From: a bacterium
GTDB taxonomy: Bacteria > Patescibacteriota > Minisyncoccia > UBA6257 > UBA9933
DNA: 64,000 bases
Assembly: GCA_021796335.1 (NCBI GenBank)
Contig: JAJYHZ010000001.1
Location: 219,454 to 283,453, forward strand
Reading direction: 5' to 3'
The translations under genes and the position numbers were made by a program. The notes under the pieces were generated by a model. It saw only the letters and a list, made by a program, of their open reading frames with translations, had not been told where the DNA came from and did not search any database. This document shows positions 56,421 to 64,000 of this stretch, one piece after another. Numbering within the stretch: the stretch's first letter is position 1; every line of letters begins with the position of its first letter.

Positions 56421-57109
56421 TGCGCGATATTTAGATTTATCAGCTTTTGCGCCCTTTCCAAATCGTTGCTCAAATTTTGCGTTTGGTTTTCGATTGTTAT
56501 CGGAGACTGATTTTGATCGCCGATAGCCAAATTAAAGATATTCGAATCGGATTGCGAATTACTTGCCGCCTGTCCATTCACATACCATTTTGTTATCAGA
56601 TTACTTCCGCTGAAAAAGAACGGCCATACGGTAAAATAATATGATCCCTTGCTGACATTACCGTTATAATAAGGCGAATCTATCACCACTTCCGGATTTT
56701 TAATCGGAATGGTTATTATTTCGTCCAAATTATTCCCGTTATAATCGGGAATTGAAATCCTCACGTTTATATCATTTCCGTTATAAGTCGTATTATCTCT
56801 GAAGGAAATGGCCTTGATGCCCAATCCGTTCTGTTCGTTTTCGTACAAATTATCGTTTATATACCAGCGCACCGGAGTTTGCGACAGATTGACTATTTTC
56901 CCGTTATCAACAAGCTCGAATGAAACTTTTATAATGCTGTTAAAAGTCGGAAAAATTTTCCCTTTAAACCAGGAAGGCGCGAAACTGTCCGCCGACCAGC
57001 TGACTAGAAATTGCGGCGCATCGCTTTGTGCTTTTGCAATTACAATGAAACCGCTTAATAAAATTGATGTCGTAAAGATTATTATAAATTTATTTTTTAT
57101 CCCGCGCAT
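56417..57109 (-). CDS. secreted hypothetical protein (T4SS cluster)
   Basis: 230 aa with a signal peptide. It is N/Y-rich and beta-rich. Confidence 0.45.
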   Translation of the reverse strand: MRGIKNKFIIIFTTSILLSGFIVIAKAQSDAPQFLVSWSADSFAPSWFKGKIFPTFNSIIKVSFELVDNGKIVNLSQTPVRWYINDNLYENEQNGLGIKAISFRDNTTYNGNDINVRISIPDYNGNNLDEIITIPIKNPEVVIDSPYYNGNVSKGSYYFTVWPFFFSGSNLITKWYVNGQAASNSQSDSNIFNLAIGDQNQSPITIENQTQNLSNDLERAQKLINLNIAQ

Positions 57110-57200
57110 AATTTTTCGGTTATTTAGACAAATCTATGATCTGTATGAAATTTGGAAAATTTTTATGAATCCGCAACTTTCATTTAAAAATTCGCGGAAT

Positions 57201-57590
57201 TCATTCTATCGGCAATTTTGTCACAGCTGAAATTCCTTTCGCTTTTTCCGGATGGTTGATGAAATAAATTGCGATTGCGACAGCCAATGGTTCTATTAAA
57301 AATCCGAACGCGTCTCCGGCAAGACCGTTTATCACGGTTCCCGCCGCGAACGTGCCAAGCTGTCTGAAACCGCGCGCTCCCATCATGAACATCCAGATTT
57401 CAACAGCGAATCCGGCAATTCCATTCAGGATTTCTGAAACCATTATACCAAATCCAGTCAAACCTCCCAAGGATCCGACTGTGGATATCAAATCAACCCC
57501 CGACTCCAGTAAACCCAAAACCAACAGCGCCAAAATTACGATGAGCGCCAACGGCAATCCGACTTTAGGCTGACTTTTTTCTTCTTCCAT
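57201..57590 (-). CDS. small polytopic membrane protein, possible VirB2/pilin-like or VirB3-like T4SS subunit
   Basis: 129 aa with 3-4 glycine-rich TM helices. Its position downstream of VirB4 suggests a T4SS role. Confidence 0.35.
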   Translation of the reverse strand: MEEEKSQPKVGLPLALIVILALLVLGLLESGVDLISTVGSLGGLTGFGIMVSEILNGIAGFAVEIWMFMMGARGFRQLGTFAAGTVINGLAGDAFGFLIEPLAVAIAIYFINHPEKAKGISAVTKLPIE

Positions 57591-57820
57591 ATTTTATTTA
57601 ACCATTTTCTATTAGTTTTAGTTTTAGTGGCTGTCCGAAAACTGTTATCCCGAACTCGCTTATCCCGTATCAGAATTTATTTTTGTGTAGAATTCAGGAT
57701 TTATAGGACGTTTTTCAGATGCTGAAATAAAGCTTGCGCTGAATTTATTTCAGTATTCGGCATGACAAAACGATTTATGTTTTATCATGCCCCCGAACGG
57801 CGCCTTGGGTATTATAAATA

Positions 57821-59572
57821 TTATGAACTTTTCTCCTGCTCCATTTCTAATAATTGTTCCGGATTTGTCGTTATTGTTTTGTCTTCAAAATAAGACGCCA
57901 CTATTTTGAGCGCAACGTGCTTCAAACCCACCAAAAACAATCCTTCGCCGACATCGGCCTGGCTCAACAGTCCTTTCTCGATTTCGCTCAAACTGAAAGT
58001 TTTTTCCAAAACGCCGATAGCAGACGGAGCCTGCTTTAATAATAACTGCAAAGATGAATTTGTTATTATCGGCTGGCCGTACTGCGAATTTAAAAAGTCT
58101 TCCACGTTCTGAGTAATCGTCGTAAGCCCCAAATAGTATTTTCTGCATCGCTTTGCCAAAGAAAATAAAAATGACGCGCTGTCCGGATACTTCATCATCC
58201 ACCACGCTTCATCGATTATCAAAATTCTTTTTTTTAGTTCCGATCTGATCAAATTCCACACAAAATTCAAAACGATATATACCGCAATCGGCCTTAACTC
58301 TTCCTCTAAATCCCTGATCGAAAAAACAACCAACCTGTTTTTTATATCAACGTTCGTCGGCTTATTCGCGAATCCGGCATAAGTCCCCTTTGTAAATTTA
58401 TATAATCGGGATGCCAAACTTTGACCGCCTTCGATATTTTCCAAAACAGTCTGTAAATCTTCGAGCAGTGGCGGCTCTATTTTTGAAAAATCTTCCACAT
58501 CGGCGGTAATCCCGCGCGAAGCATAAGTTTCCGTAATGGCTCGGTCCAAAAGCGCATCTTCTTCCGGCGTAATCTGCCCTACCATCAGCTTTAATAAACC
58601 GGCCAGGTTTAAAATATGAGATTTGAATACATCGGCCGGATCTTCGCCCTTCGGAACAATTGGAATATCCAAAGGATTAATAGAAGTTTTTGAAGTTAAA
58701 GAAATTTTCAAAACGCTTCCCCCAACCGCCTCCGCAAGCCTTTGGTATTCGTTTTCAGGATCAATAACCATAATGTCTATTCCCATCATCAATGAACGCA
58801 GGATCTCCAATTTTGTCGCATAAGATTTCCCCGCGCCGGCTTTCGCAAAAACCACCTGGTTCGCATTTTCCAAAGAAAACCTGTCAAAAATAACCAGCGA
58901 ATTATTAAACCGGTTAATCCCGTACAAAACTCCCGTGTCCGAAGTCAGATCGGTTGAAACAAAAGGAAACAAGGATGAAGCCGGATTTGTGTTTAAGGGC
59001 GTATAAATAGCCAACTTATCCTGGCCTGTCGGCATTGTTGATATGAATCCTTCGATATGCTGAAAAATCGCCGGTTTCGCATAGACCATCTGGCTATCCA
59101 GAATCGAAATAACCTGTTCTTCCAGCTTATTCAATTCATCCACGGTCTTCGCATAAATAGTTACATAGACCCCTACATTGAAAAGTTTTTCCTGAGCCTG
59201 CTGCAATTGGTCGCGCAAATTTTCTATATCCTGATAAGCGGTTTCCAGAACAGGATCGCGGACCAATCCTTTATCGTCTCTTTCAGAAAGCTGGGACTCG
59301 ATTTGAGTAACCTTCTTTCTCAGCTGCTTCAAAGCGGTGGTGGTATCAACCGGATGGACGAAAACGGAAACATCCAAAAGATTCGGAAGATTTATTATTG
59401 AATCAAACCATCCCGTGGACAAATATCGCGGATAAGTGAAAACAAAAAGAGTTTTAGAAACTATATCCCCCAACCTTAAATAATTCGGATTCACTTCCAA
59501 GGCCGCGGGAGCAATCACATTTTTCACATCTTCCTCCTTCGAATTGAATGGTTGTGGAATTTCTATTTTCAT
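57821..59572 (-). CDS. VirB4-like T4SS ATPase (TrsE/TcpF/Orf16-type), core + ATPase domains
   Basis: Walker A AKAGAGKSYAT, Walker B/DEAW motif LIIDEAWWMM and YPRYLSTGWFDSIINLPNLLDVSVFVHPVD, typical of Gram-positive VirB4 homologues. 583 aa, which is short. Confidence 0.8.
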   Translation of the reverse strand: MKIEIPQPFNSKEEDVKNVIAPAALEVNPNYLRLGDIVSKTLFVFTYPRYLSTGWFDSIINLPNLLDVSVFVHPVDTTTALKQLRKKVTQIESQLSERDDKGLVRDPVLETAYQDIENLRDQLQQAQEKLFNVGVYVTIYAKTVDELNKLEEQVISILDSQMVYAKPAIFQHIEGFISTMPTGQDKLAIYTPLNTNPASSLFPFVSTDLTSDTGVLYGINRFNNSLVIFDRFSLENANQVVFAKAGAGKSYATKLEILRSLMMGIDIMVIDPENEYQRLAEAVGGSVLKISLTSKTSINPLDIPIVPKGEDPADVFKSHILNLAGLLKLMVGQITPEEDALLDRAITETYASRGITADVEDFSKIEPPLLEDLQTVLENIEGGQSLASRLYKFTKGTYAGFANKPTNVDIKNRLVVFSIRDLEEELRPIAVYIVLNFVWNLIRSELKKRILIIDEAWWMMKYPDSASFLFSLAKRCRKYYLGLTTITQNVEDFLNSQYGQPIITNSSLQLLLKQAPSAIGVLEKTFSLSEIEKGLLSQADVGEGLFLVGLKHVALKIVASYFEDKTITTNPEQLLEMEQEKSS

Positions 59573-59588
59573 TTAAATAATTTTCTTT

Positions 59589-59608
59589 AGGTTAATTAGA
59601 ATAATTAG
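59589..59608 (-). promoter_or_regulatory. CTAATTA iteron-like motif copy A (20-mer ctaattattctaattaacct)
   Basis: Lies 16 nt upstream of the VirB4-ATPase ATG. It is a near-identical 20-mer to copy B and consists of three 8-bp-spaced CTAATTA units. Confidence 0.4.
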
Positions 59609-59679
59609 TAATTAGTTTAAATTTTATTTATTATTTTAACTCGTTATCGCGTTAACCCGTTAATACCTAATCTATTGGT

Positions 59680-60333
59680 TTATTTATCTTGTCGTACTAT
59701 ATGCAATTCTTTCTTTTCCATCGGCTGCGGATTGTATAAATTGTAAAATAATTCTATCAATTCCTCGGTCATAAGCGCGACCGCCCGCAAACCGATTGCA
59801 GATAACCCGGCGACAACCTCATCAGTCCTTTGATCTAATTGGCTTATCTTTTCTTCCAGGGTTTGTGCATCCTCCGACGCGTTTTTTTTCTTCTTGCCAA
59901 AAAACGGAATTGCTTCCATAACTTTTTCGGTTCCCTCGGAGATATTTATCGCATCATATGGAACGACAACGAAAAAATTTTTGGACATAATTTCGTTTGA
60001 TTCAACGAAAGATTTCACAAATTCCACGTACTCGGAAATCTGATCTTTCAGCAAGTCGTTCTTTTCGTTCTCCTGCATCTCACTTAAATTATCCAAATAC
60101 CCTTTGATATTTAATTTCCTCGAGTGAATGACTATTTGTAATGAAAAATCGAGGGAATTCAAAAAATTTTGATAAGCTCCCAAAATCGCGTTCTGCTCGT
60201 CTTCGGATTTCAATTCGAAGTTAATTCCCGTTACCATCAAAACCCGCCGTAAAGAGCCGCTTTTTAAAATAACTGTCCCGTCGCGGATTTCTTCGATATC
60301 AACAAATTGTTGGGTTGATTGGGATTCTTTCAT
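59680..60333 (-). CDS. protein resembling the N-terminal (CagE/TrbE/VirB4 N-domain) part of VirB4
   Basis: 217 aa with no TM helix. DGTVILKSGSLRRVLMVTGINFELKSEDEQNAILGAYQNFLNSL matches the pattern of the VirB4 N-terminal domain as I recall it. It lies 107 bp upstream of the ATPase ORF on the same strand. Confidence 0.45.
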   Translation of the reverse strand: MKESQSTQQFVDIEEIRDGTVILKSGSLRRVLMVTGINFELKSEDEQNAILGAYQNFLNSLDFSLQIVIHSRKLNIKGYLDNLSEMQENEKNDLLKDQISEYVEFVKSFVESNEIMSKNFFVVVPYDAINISEGTEKVMEAIPFFGKKKKNASEDAQTLEEKISQLDQRTDEVVAGLSAIGLRAVALMTEELIELFYNLYNPQPMEKKELHIVRQDK

Positions 60334-60402
60334 AATAACTAATAGTAACTAGTCGTTGGTTTTTAGTTTTCGCAATAAACTTTTCAACATTTTCATAACT
60401 TC

Positions 60403-60711
60403 TTACAAGAATAATTTCAAACGAATGAATTCTTGTTTAGGTCTTAAGCCTAATTTCTTTGATAATAATAGCTGAGTTTCTGATTCTACGCCAGACCCAG
60501 AGGCAATAGAGATAACTTGATAGAACTCCTTTTTATGTCTTCGAGATAATCCTTCTGCGATATTTGAGGGTATTGATATGGCGCATCTCTTTATTTGGGA
60601 AGTTGTTCCATATAATTCATATTTTGGAAAAAACCTTGTTAGTTCATAAATTTCCAGAACTAATTCCATTGATTTATTCCAAACAATCAAATTTTTATAA
60701 GAGTTTTCCAT
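60403..60711 (-). CDS. four-helix-bundle protein (23S rRNA intervening-sequence protein / Avd-like family)
   Basis: 102 aa. LIVWNKSMELVLEIYELTRFFPKYELYGTTSQIKRCAISIPSNIAEGLSRRHKKEF..IASGSGVESETQLLLSKKLG is the canonical family pattern (VWQKA...P..E.YGL.SQ.RRAA.SI.SNIAEG...E...L). Confidence 0.7.
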   Translation of the reverse strand: MENSYKNLIVWNKSMELVLEIYELTRFFPKYELYGTTSQIKRCAISIPSNIAEGLSRRHKKEFYQVISIASGSGVESETQLLLSKKLGLRPKQEFIRLKLFL

Positions 60712-60757
60712 TTTTTTAAAAAATAATATCTAAAAACTAACGGCTAATACTAACCGA

Positions 60758-61270
60758 TTACCTGTAATCCACTCTCTTCGCCACTTCTTTTTCTCCGGTT
60801 AATTTTCTAAATACGCTGTATGAATCGGTTTGTTTTATCGGACCGGTTTTTTCCCTTCTCGGAATCGGATTTTTCGTCGTGGTTAAATCATTCCAAAGCT
60901 TTCCGATAGACGGCATGCCAAATGAGAAATCCTTCAAATTTTTCCTTTCTTCTAAAACTTTCTCATTGGGAATATCGATAACCGTGGTTTTCAATTCCCT
61001 TTGCCACAAATACATTCGCGGCTGCCAGAAAAAATTCAAAGCCGAAATTATTATTTTAATCAAAGGCTGTCCATTGTATCTGACAAAAGCCAAGGAAATT
61101 CCGATTACGGCTACGAAAGTCGTGAGTAATAACCAAATCCAGAACGGAAAAATAAAATAACCGATAAAACTGATTGCGCCCGCTCCCAATAAATAAAGAA
61201 GCTGCTTTAAAGTAAGCGGTCCGGCAATCTTATCCTCAACTTCAATAAATTGGGGTATTTGAAAGCGCAT
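60758..61270 (-). CDS. PrgI/TcpE-family (VirB3-like) T4SS membrane protein
   Basis: 170 aa. QIPQFIEVEDKIAGPLTLKQLLYLLGAGAI followed by two TM helices and RYNGQPL. This matches the Tn916 Orf17/PrgI pattern that normally sits directly upstream of the VirB4 homologue. Confidence 0.6.
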   Translation of the reverse strand: MRFQIPQFIEVEDKIAGPLTLKQLLYLLGAGAISFIGYFIFPFWIWLLLTTFVAVIGISLAFVRYNGQPLIKIIISALNFFWQPRMYLWQRELKTTVIDIPNEKVLEERKNLKDFSFGMPSIGKLWNDLTTTKNPIPRREKTGPIKQTDSYSVFRKLTGEKEVAKRVDYR

Positions 61271-61292
61271 ACAACAAAAATTAATCTAATTT

Positions 61293-61315
61293 CTAATTAG
61301 TCTAATTATTCTAAC
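61293..61315 (+). promoter_or_regulatory. CTAATTA iteron-like motif copy C (inverted orientation)
   Basis: ctaatttc taattagt ctaattat tctaac has four 8-bp-spaced units. It overlaps the stop of the upstream four-helix-bundle gene and lies ~35 bp upstream of the prgI-like start. Confidence 0.35.
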
Positions 61316-61659
61316 TTATTTTTAATTTTATTTCGAATTGAATTAAAAATTAAATTTAATTCCTTCGCTTCCTGCCATAATTTTCGAGCATCCTCTTTTA
61401 AGTCTGGAGATGTGACCACAGCCATTCTTAACCAATATTTTGTTTCTCGAGCTTCTTTTTTGCGAATCTCGATCTTATGTTGAAAATCCTTGCTTGATTC
61501 CGCATCGTCGGCTTCACAATAATTTGCGCCAATACTTGTTCCCGCTCTAACCAGCTGAATTATTATCGGCTTTATAATTGAATTTTGGAGAATTTTTTTA
61601 GAAAAATTTATAATTTCTTCACCAAATTTAGCGGTTCTTTCTTCCAAATCATATTTCAT
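61306..61659 (-). CDS. four-helix-bundle protein (23S rRNA IVS protein / Avd-like family), second divergent paralogue
   Basis: 117 aa. IIQLVRAGTSIGANYCEADDAESSKDFQHKIEIRKKEARETKYWLRM is a family hallmark (RSGTSIGANY.EA....S..DF..K..IA.KEA.ET.YWL). Confidence 0.7.
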   Translation of the reverse strand: MKYDLEERTAKFGEEIINFSKKILQNSIIKPIIIQLVRAGTSIGANYCEADDAESSKDFQHKIEIRKKEARETKYWLRMAVVTSPDLKEDARKLWQEAKELNLIFNSIRNKIKNKLE

Positions 61660-61674
61660 AATTGGAATTTACTT

Positions 61675-61694
61675 AGGTCAATTAGAATAATTAG
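61675..61694 (-). promoter_or_regulatory. CTAATTA iteron-like motif copy B (20-mer ctaattattctaattgacct)
   Basis: Lies 15 nt upstream of the four-helix-bundle gene ATG at 61659. It shares 19 of 20 nt with copy A at the same spacing from the ATG. Confidence 0.4.
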
Positions 61695-61947
61695 AGATTA
61701 GGTCAATTTTTACTATTCTATTTCCTTCAAATCTATTGATTTTCATTCTAACTCGTTAATAAGTAAATTAATGTAGCTATTTCCCTAATGTCCTCAAATC
61801 CACCATGTTTTCTTCCGCCGAATATCTTCTAATTTAATTTCTTCCGATAATTCGGAAAAATCTTTCCTTTTTTAAAACAATCTTGTCGTCAAAATTATTC
61901 TCATTATTAGTTGCATCACATATATCTGTTGTATATTGGTATTGTAT

Positions 61948-63135
61948 TTATTTCTCCAGCATCCTCAGATCCACGATATCTTCCTTCACAGGGATATCTT
62001 CCAGTTTTACTTCTTCCCGTGGCTCGGGCAGCTCCGCCGGTTTATTTAATGTAACGGTGTTATTTTCTTTTTCGACTTCCTTTTTAGGCAAAGGCTGATA
62101 AAAATTGACTGTTTTGGCCGGCTGTTCACCAATGATTTGTTTTTGAGGCAATACTGATTCCAGTTTATTTTCTCCGATAATATCCGGCAGTTCCGGCTTG
62201 TCAATTTTATTTAATTCCACGACCTTCGGCGCTGCCTGATAAAAATTAATACTGCTATTTTCTTTCGGCTTCAAAGGAAGATCTTCCAAAATTACAGGTT
62301 GCTCAAAATTGGCATTTTTTAATTCGGACTGTTCGGAAATTTTCACGCTTGGTTGGACGGCGGATTGCGGAGTCTGCGGCAGCGGATTATTGATTTGTTG
62401 CGCGATTTTTTCTTGCGCATTCATTTCAGCCGGCTGTCCGGAAGTTTGATTCAAAAAAGAATTTTTAAAATCGCTGTAATGCACGATTTTCATTTTCGGT
62501 TTTTCGGTCTCTCCGATTTCTGATGTTTTTGTTTTATTGAATAAACTTACCTCCGCTTCAACCGGTTTCTCGGGCATAGGAGGAATCTTCTCATCCCGCC
62601 TGAAAAGTCCGAAAATTCCGGAAAAAGAGGGCTTGGACTGCTTTATGGCGTTTACTTTTTTCTCTTCGTGAATAATAGCCGGCGCCTCTCCGATTTCATT
62701 CAAATTGACGGTCTTTGCGACTTCAGATGATGGAGCCGACGAAATTGCAATTTGCTCTGATTTCGAACCAAAATCAACCGGATTGTCGTTTACGGCAACC
62801 GATTCCTTATCTGAAACCGGACTGTATACTTCATTTAATTCATTTTGAATTGGAGAAAAAATTTTTCGATTGATTTCTTTTGCCAAAGATTCCGCAATTT
62901 CGTTTTTTACTCCCAAAGCAGCGATTTCTCTTTCCAGATCCGCGGCGCTTATAAAACCCAATATAATATAACCGCCGATTGAAGCAAGATCATATTTTTG
63001 ATCATCTGTTAAATGGAATGTATCGCCTAAATTCCATAATAAATTGGCGCTTTCTTCGGAAAATAAGGCTTCTTTTAAATTATCCGACAAAGTGTCATAT
63101 CTCCTGTCGATTTGTTCTTGCGGTATTTTTTTCAT
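61948..63135 (-). CDS. hypothetical protein, low-complexity P/E/K/Q-rich C-terminal half
   Basis: 395 aa with no TM helix. It is the first complete gene upstream of the T4SS-like block. Confidence 0.45.
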   Translation of the reverse strand: MKKIPQEQIDRRYDTLSDNLKEALFSEESANLLWNLGDTFHLTDDQKYDLASIGGYIILGFISAADLEREIAALGVKNEIAESLAKEINRKIFSPIQNELNEVYSPVSDKESVAVNDNPVDFGSKSEQIAISSAPSSEVAKTVNLNEIGEAPAIIHEEKKVNAIKQSKPSFSGIFGLFRRDEKIPPMPEKPVEAEVSLFNKTKTSEIGETEKPKMKIVHYSDFKNSFLNQTSGQPAEMNAQEKIAQQINNPLPQTPQSAVQPSVKISEQSELKNANFEQPVILEDLPLKPKENSSINFYQAAPKVVELNKIDKPELPDIIGENKLESVLPQKQIIGEQPAKTVNFYQPLPKKEVEKENNTVTLNKPAELPEPREEVKLEDIPVKEDIVDLRMLEK

Positions 63136-64000
63136 TAAGTTTTTATTTCTTCTTTCTTCTCTTCTTTTTCATCTTCTTCCTCGCCAAAAGCGACCTTGCC
63201 CATGGATTTTTTGATAGTCTTCTCAATTCCTTGCCGAGTTTCATCATCATAAGTATGCAACGTTTTACTCATATAGCTTGCAAACAGCCTAATCGAGGAA
63301 ATGTCCATTTTTGGAAACATACTATGAACAGCGTTAACCCTTTGCGCTTTCACCAAAGCGTTCGTAATTGATTGTCGTAAAGATTCTAAGGCCTTCGGAG
63401 ATATATTCAAGTTCGGTTTTGCCTTAAATGCTTCCAAAATTTCAATTGCGTTTGCGAACTCCGCAGGTTTCATATCTCTATAAATTTTTGCCCTTTCTTT
63501 CTCTTCTTCATCCCGAAGTTTCTTGTAATCGTCATGCATTTTAACTTGTTCCGGAGAAGATGTTTGTTTTGCCCACCAAGCTTCCGGTTTATCTTCTATA
63601 TCTTTCACATTTTCAGCCATGGCATCGGCTTGCTTCTTTAGAGACAATGTCTTTGAATTCTCTGTTGATCTCTTCGCTACATCGTCATAATCAAATCCTC
63701 GGGTATCAAATTGCTTCTCCAGCTTTCCCACCTCATCTGGATTCATAAGAACTTCTTTCAATACCTTTCCGCCTTTTTTAAATTTATTCTTTTTGGCGGC
63801 TTCATCTAACAAAACCATTTTTTGAAAACCGGATGCAGCCAATATTCTAGACTCGATTTGATCCTTGGATAAACCGCTCAAACTGTCACGATATTCCTTC
63901 TCTCCGGTTCTGGATAATTTCTTAGTCTGGGTCTGCAAACTTGTCAGCCCTTTGGAAGCAGCTCCTGCGCCCAACAATTTACCCAAAGTTCCCCTGTTTG
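63135..64000 (-). CDS. hypothetical protein, 5'-truncated by window edge
   Basis: The open frame continues past 64000. The track Met at 63986 is really a TTG, and upstream in-frame codons show no stop. The product is K/E-rich and helical. Confidence 0.4.
   Translation of the reverse strand, partial: NRGTLGKLLGAGAASKGLTSLQTQTKKLSRTGEKEYRDSLSGLSKDQIESRILAASGFQKMVLLDEAAKKNKFKKGGKVLKEVLMNPDEVGKLEKQFDTRGFDYDDVAKRSTENSKTLSLKKQADAMAENVKDIEDKPEAWWAKQTSSPEQVKMHDDYKKLRDEEEKERAKIYRDMKPAEFANAIEILEAFKAKPNLNISPKALESLRQSITNALVKAQRVNAVHSMFPKMDISSIRLFASYMSKTLHTYDDETRQGIEKTIKKSMGKVAFGEEEDEKEEKKEEIKT

Noticed and set aside
59573-61780. AT-rich repeated spacers as DGR template/variable repeats
   Set aside because: The shared segments are short (~20-30 bp), intergenic and built of 8-bp CTAATTA units. 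DGR VRs lie inside the 3' end of a target ORF and are ~100+ bp. No reverse transcriptase is in the window.

Overview
This is a low-GC window in which nearly every gene is on the minus strand. The short genes, few operons and many orphan secreted or membrane proteins make a CPR/Patescibacteria-like genome the most likely source. That attribution is an inference from composition and gene content, not something shown directly. I found no rRNA or tRNA genes and no CRISPR array.

The recognisable housekeeping genes are listed here in coordinate order.
- gltX.
- An M29 aminopeptidase.
- A murG-ftsW-amidohydrolase block.
- A PurN-like formyltransferase.
- A TrmH/SpoU methyltransferase.
- secA and hpf.
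- uvrC, uvrA and uvrB, unusually close together.
- rsmE, queA and tgt.
- pcm.
- A dnaJ-dnaK-grpE chaperone block.
- A DedA membrane protein, a GalT-like gene, PBP2/ftsI and mutM.
- An orphan PAS histidine kinase.

Three regions stand out.
1. 8.4-15.6 kb holds three large secreted carbohydrate-binding or carbohydrate-modifying proteins. One is a protein ending in a LamG/ConA-like domain whose 3' third is much GC-richer than the rest, and which carries two perfect 486-bp tandem repeats. The second is a beta-jellyroll-like exported protein. The third has four CBM-like modules and a C-terminal CE4 polysaccharide deacetylase domain.
2. 37.7-38.9 kb is a gene that is GC-rich relative to the rest of the window, so it is compositionally foreign.
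3. 54.3-61.7 kb is a Gram-positive-style type IV secretion module. It has a PrgI/TcpE-like protein, a VirB4-like ATPase that appears split into two ORFs, and membrane and secreted accessory proteins. Two divergent four-helix-bundle genes of the 23S-rRNA-IVS/Avd family bracket the prgI-like gene. The module also carries a shared CTAATTA iteron-like motif.

Further signals come from both strands.
- Two standalone promoter-terminator units with no protein behind them look like small RNAs (12.70-12.84 kb and 29.40-29.63 kb).
- A 22-codon lysine-rich ORF has its own Shine-Dalgarno site and terminator next to hpf.
- Two long palindromes share a CGATCG core (24.34 kb and 51.65 kb).
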